From contig CAVVPN010000011.1 of assembly GCA_963750165.1 (NCBI GenBank), forward strand, positions 1,312,001 through 1,376,000: a stretch of DNA of 64,000 nucleotides, given 5' to 3'. Both the position numbers and the translations under genes were made by a program. The DNA comes from an uncultured Gemmataceae bacterium (GTDB taxonomy: Bacteria; Planctomycetota; Planctomycetia; Gemmatales; Gemmataceae). Within the stretch, counting starts at the first letter, position 1; each line of letters begins with the position of its first letter. The notes under the pieces are model-generated. The model worked only from the letters and a program-made list of their open reading frames with translations. It was not told where the DNA came from and ran no database searches. This document shows, piece after piece, positions 61,046-64,000 of the stretch.

Positions 61046-62083
61046 TCAGGCCACACGCACCGCGGCCGCCTCGTCCGTGGGCACCAGCCCAATCAGGTCC
61101 GTGATGTCCAGCAGCCCGACCGGCCGGCCGTCCGCGTCCACCACGGGCAATTCGCTGATCTTGCGGCGGCTGAGCAAGTCCAGCGCGTCGGCCAGGCGCG
61201 TGCCCACGGCCACGGTGGTCGGCTGCGCGGTCATCACCTCATGAATCGGCCGGTCGAGTGCGGCGTCGCGGCGCTGCTCGAACAGGCGGGCCAGGTCGCT
61301 GTCGGTGAAGAAGCCGCACAGGCGGCCAGCCTCGTCCGTCAGCATGACGGCCCCGGTGCGCCGGCCGCGCCGCCGCGCCGCCGCGAACACCGCCCGCACC
61401 GTCTCGTTGCTGTCCGCCAGGCGCAGCTCCTGGTCGCGGCGCATGACGGCCTCAACCTTGAGCAGCTTGCGGCCGAGGCTGCCGGCGGGGTGGAAGCGCG
61501 CGAAGTCCTCGCGGGTGAACTCGCGCATGCGCGTCAGCACGAACGCCAGGGCGTCGCCGACGGCGATCATGGCGGTGGTGCTCGTGCTCGGCGCCAGGCC
61601 GAGCGGGCAGACCTCTTCCAGCGGCCCCAGCACCAGGGCCACGTCCGCCTGGAGGGCGAGGGTGCTACGGCCGTTGCCGGTGAGGGCGATGACCGCCGTC
61701 GCCAGTTGCCGCAACGACGGCAGCAGCCGGACCACTTCCTCACTCTCGCCGCTGAGCGACAGGGCCAGCACCACGTCGTTGGGGTGGACCATGCCAAGGT
61801 CGCCGTGGACGGCGCGGGTGGCGTCGAGGACGTAAGCGCGGGTGCCCGTCGAGTTCAGGGTGCCGGCGATCTTCTGGCCCACGTCGGCGGACTTGCCGGT
61901 GCCGGTCAGGGCGACGCGGCCGGCGCAGTGGTAGATCAGATCGACCGCTTGCAGGAAGGCGTCGTCGAGGCGGTCGGCGACCTGTTCGAGGGCGGCGGCC
62001 TCGCTGCGCAGCACCTGGCGGGCGTAGTCCAGGCGGTCGCCAGCGTGTCGCCAGACCTGGGGATCGTGAACCAGCAAGGTCAT
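61046..62083 (-). CDS. kdsD: Arabinose-5-phosphate isomerase (KpsF/GutQ, SIS + CBS)
   Basis: TGTGKS, HGDLG, APSTSTT, FHPAGSLG, CBS pair. Confidence 0.95.
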   Translation of the reverse strand: MTLLVHDPQVWRHAGDRLDYARQVLRSEAAALEQVADRLDDAFLQAVDLIYHCAGRVALTGTGKSADVGQKIAGTLNSTGTRAYVLDATRAVHGDLGMVHPNDVVLALSLSGESEEVVRLLPSLRQLATAVIALTGNGRSTLALQADVALVLGPLEEVCPLGLAPSTSTTAMIAVGDALAFVLTRMREFTREDFARFHPAGSLGRKLLKVEAVMRRDQELRLADSNETVRAVFAAARRRGRRTGAVMLTDEAGRLCGFFTDSDLARLFEQRRDAALDRPIHEVMTAQPTTVAVGTRLADALDLLSRRKISELPVVDADGRPVGLLDITDLIGLVPTDEAAAVRVA

Positions 62084-62410
62084 ACGCACTCCCTTACGTC
62101 CGACCGGTGGGCGGCGTGCCCGCGGAGAATACCGGCCGACTATAGCGGCGCAGCGTGGATTTGCAATCGCAGGCCACGGCGCGTCCCTTCGTGGTATCGG
62201 CAGTTTGCCACGGCGGGGCCAGTTTTCCCGGTTGACCGAAGCGACCACGGGGAATGAGCGGATCGGAGAAGCCGGGGAAAGCGAAGGCGGCGACTTTACC
62301 GCCGTGCCAACGGGTGCCGAATGGCACAGCGGGGCAACGGTTGGCAGGGTGGCGGCGTGCCAGCAGTGGACAGAAAACGGCGCCGAGCCAGGCCCGGCCG
62401 TGCCGGTTAA

Positions 62411-62469
62411 AGCAAGGACGCCAAGGACGCCAAGAACGCCAACTATTTTGCACGTCGAGAATCGGCGCC
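62411..62469 (-). repeat. 59-bp dispersed repeat, copy 4 (inverted, variant)
   Basis: Reverse complement GGCGCCGATTCTCGACGTGCAAAATAGTTGGCGTTCTTGGCGTCCTTGGCGTCCTTGCT. Confidence 0.85.
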
Positions 62470-62519
62470 ATTGGAGCAAACCCAATCCCCCGTACAGGTG
62501 GCATTTTCATCGGCAGTTG

Positions 62520-62593
62520 TTCTGCCGCTTGCGGCCCAGCGCTTCCGCCAAGCTGCGAGCGACAGGAAGCGCGCCAGGCCGCAAGCGGCAGAA
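62520..62593. repeat. REP-like palindrome (GCCGCAAGCGGCAGAA family)
   Basis: TTCTGCCGCTTGCGGCC...GGCCGCAAGCGGCAGAA. Confidence 0.75.
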
Positions 62594-62773
62594 CAGCAGC
62601 GGGCGCGGCGCCGGGACGAGGACCAGTTCTCCCGAACGCGCCAGCCACAGCGCCGTGCCGGCGAAATCCGCGTCCGGCCGACGGGTGAGCCTCTGTGCGC
62701 TGGCGGTCGCTGCTGTTACACTGGTGATTGTGGGTGGCGTCCCGTCCCTGCCGAACCGAGCCGAGGCCTTGCC

Positions 62774-64000
62774 ATGAAGCGCGTGCTTGCCTTTCCCGCC
62801 CTGCTGCTGATGCTGGTCATGCCGACCCTGGCCCAGCAGCCGCCGCCGTACAAGATCCGCACCTTGCCAACACCGCCGACGCGCGCCGTGCTTGACAAAC
62901 TCAGCCTGACGCTCGCCTGGCGCTTCCGGGTGCCGACCAACGGCGCCCGTGATGGTTTGGCCAGCATCCAGCTCGCCCCCGGCATCGGCGGCAGCCACGA
63001 CACCCTGTTTGTGCAGACGCACGCCGGTGCCATCGTCGCCCTTGATGCCGAGAACGGCCACCTGCTTTGGCGCACCACCGTCGGCCTGCCCTACCAGCCG
63101 TTGCAGCCGCTCGGCTTCAACTCCACTCAGGTCTTCGCCGTCCGCCGGGAAAAATTGTTCGTCCTGGACCGCGACACCGGCGATCAACTCGTCTACACGC
63201 TCCACCGCGCCAGCAAGGAACCGCTCTTCGGCTTCACCCTGGAGGAGGTGCCGTCCGCCGGCCTGATGGCGGCGGAGGACTTCCTGTACGTCTGCATGGA
63301 TGCCCGCGTCTCGGCCTACGAGATCCCGAACTTCCGCCGGCTCGCGGAGCTGCGGGCGCGGCAGGCGAAGTCCAACAACGAGACCATCCGCCCCTTCGTC
63401 CAGGACTCACCGCAGCCGCGCCGCGACTGGTCGAAGGTGCTGGTGCAGATGCGCGTGTACCTGCAGCCGCGGTTGACGGATGATTTCCTGGCCCTGGCCT
63501 GCACCGACGGCACCTTCCTGACGCTGCTGGCCGGCGCTGACGGCGGCCAGGAGGCGTTCCGCTACAAGACCCAGGGGGCCTTTCACGGCGCGCTGGGCCG
63601 GCACGAAAACATGCTGTATATCGGCTCGGAAGACTACCACCTGTACGCCTTCGACATCGCGCGCGCCCGGCTGACGTGGCGCTATCCCGGGGCCTCGCCG
63701 ATCCAGAGCGCGGCGCTGGTGACCGACCGCGACGTGTTCGTGGTGCCGGAGCGCGCGGGCCTGACGCGCGTGGAGCGCGCGACGGGCAAGGGGATCTGGT
63801 CGAACCCGGCAGCGCGGCGCTTCCTGTGTACCAACAACAAGTACGTCTACGCCAGCGACGCCCACGACCGGCTGCTGATCCTGGATTACGAGCGCGGCAC
63901 CGAACTGGCCCGCTGGGACGCCAGCGCCTGGACAGAGCCGCTGAGCAACGACCACACGGATCGGCTGTATCTGGCCAGCCACGACGGTCAGCTGGTGTGC
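62774..64000 (+). CDS. PQQ-binding-like beta-propeller protein (BamB-like), runs off the window
   Basis: Translated by hand: MKRVLAFPALLLML signal; ALDAENGHLLW, LYIGSEDYHLYAFD, VERATGKGIW repeats. Confidence 0.8.
   Translation, partial: MKRVLAFPALLLMLVMPTLAQQPPPYKIRTLPTPPTRAVLDKLSLTLAWRFRVPTNGARDGLASIQLAPGIGGSHDTLFVQTHAGAIVALDAENGHLLWRTTVGLPYQPLQPLGFNSTQVFAVRREKLFVLDRDTGDQLVYTLHRASKEPLFGFTLEEVPSAGLMAAEDFLYVCMDARVSAYEIPNFRRLAELRARQAKSNNETIRPFVQDSPQPRRDWSKVLVQMRVYLQPRLTDDFLALACTDGTFLTLLAGADGGQEAFRYKTQGAFHGALGRHENMLYIGSEDYHLYAFDIARARLTWRYPGASPIQSAALVTDRDVFVVPERAGLTRVERATGKGIWSNPAARRFLCTNNKYVYASDAHDRLLILDYERGTELARWDASAWTEPLSNDHTDRLYLASHDGQLVC

Overview
High-GC bacterial DNA whose gene content (DUF1501, DUF1549/DUF1553, DUF4058, PEP-CTERM, planctomycete-type Flp pilins) points to Planctomycetota, probably Gemmataceae-like. 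This assignment is an inference from protein families. Left to right the window holds: the start of a Tad/Flp pilus locus; a GT-C-like membrane protein and a lactonase; a sigma54-driven RND efflux pair with an FhlA/NtrC-type activator and an intervening two-gene cassette; a stand-alone STAND NTPase; an ABC-F protein; a decayed mobile-element junction with a 155-bp MITE; assorted enzymes (GT4, Ppa, Crp, Gfo/Idh/MocA, SGNH, GH13); a DUF1549/1553-DUF1501-EF-hand operon; a formylmethanofuran dehydrogenase-like cluster fwdD-(small ORF)-fwdB-fwdA-fwdC; an ECF sigma/anti-sigma pair; kdsD-kdsC followed by a giant LptC/LptA-like gene; and a partial PQQ-type beta-propeller gene. About a dozen genes carry single-base frameshifts, probably assembly indels. 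The main observation is in the fwd cluster. fwdB has an in-frame TGA exactly at the W/Mo-ligating Cys position, followed by a SECIS-like hairpin, which suggests selenocysteine. Directly upstream, an unannotated small ORF also has a TGA followed by a SECIS-like hairpin, and its read-through would end at the fwdB ribosome-binding site. It is a candidate new selenopeptide or selenium-sensing leader. A 59-bp dispersed repeat occurs four times, twice inside the fwd operon.
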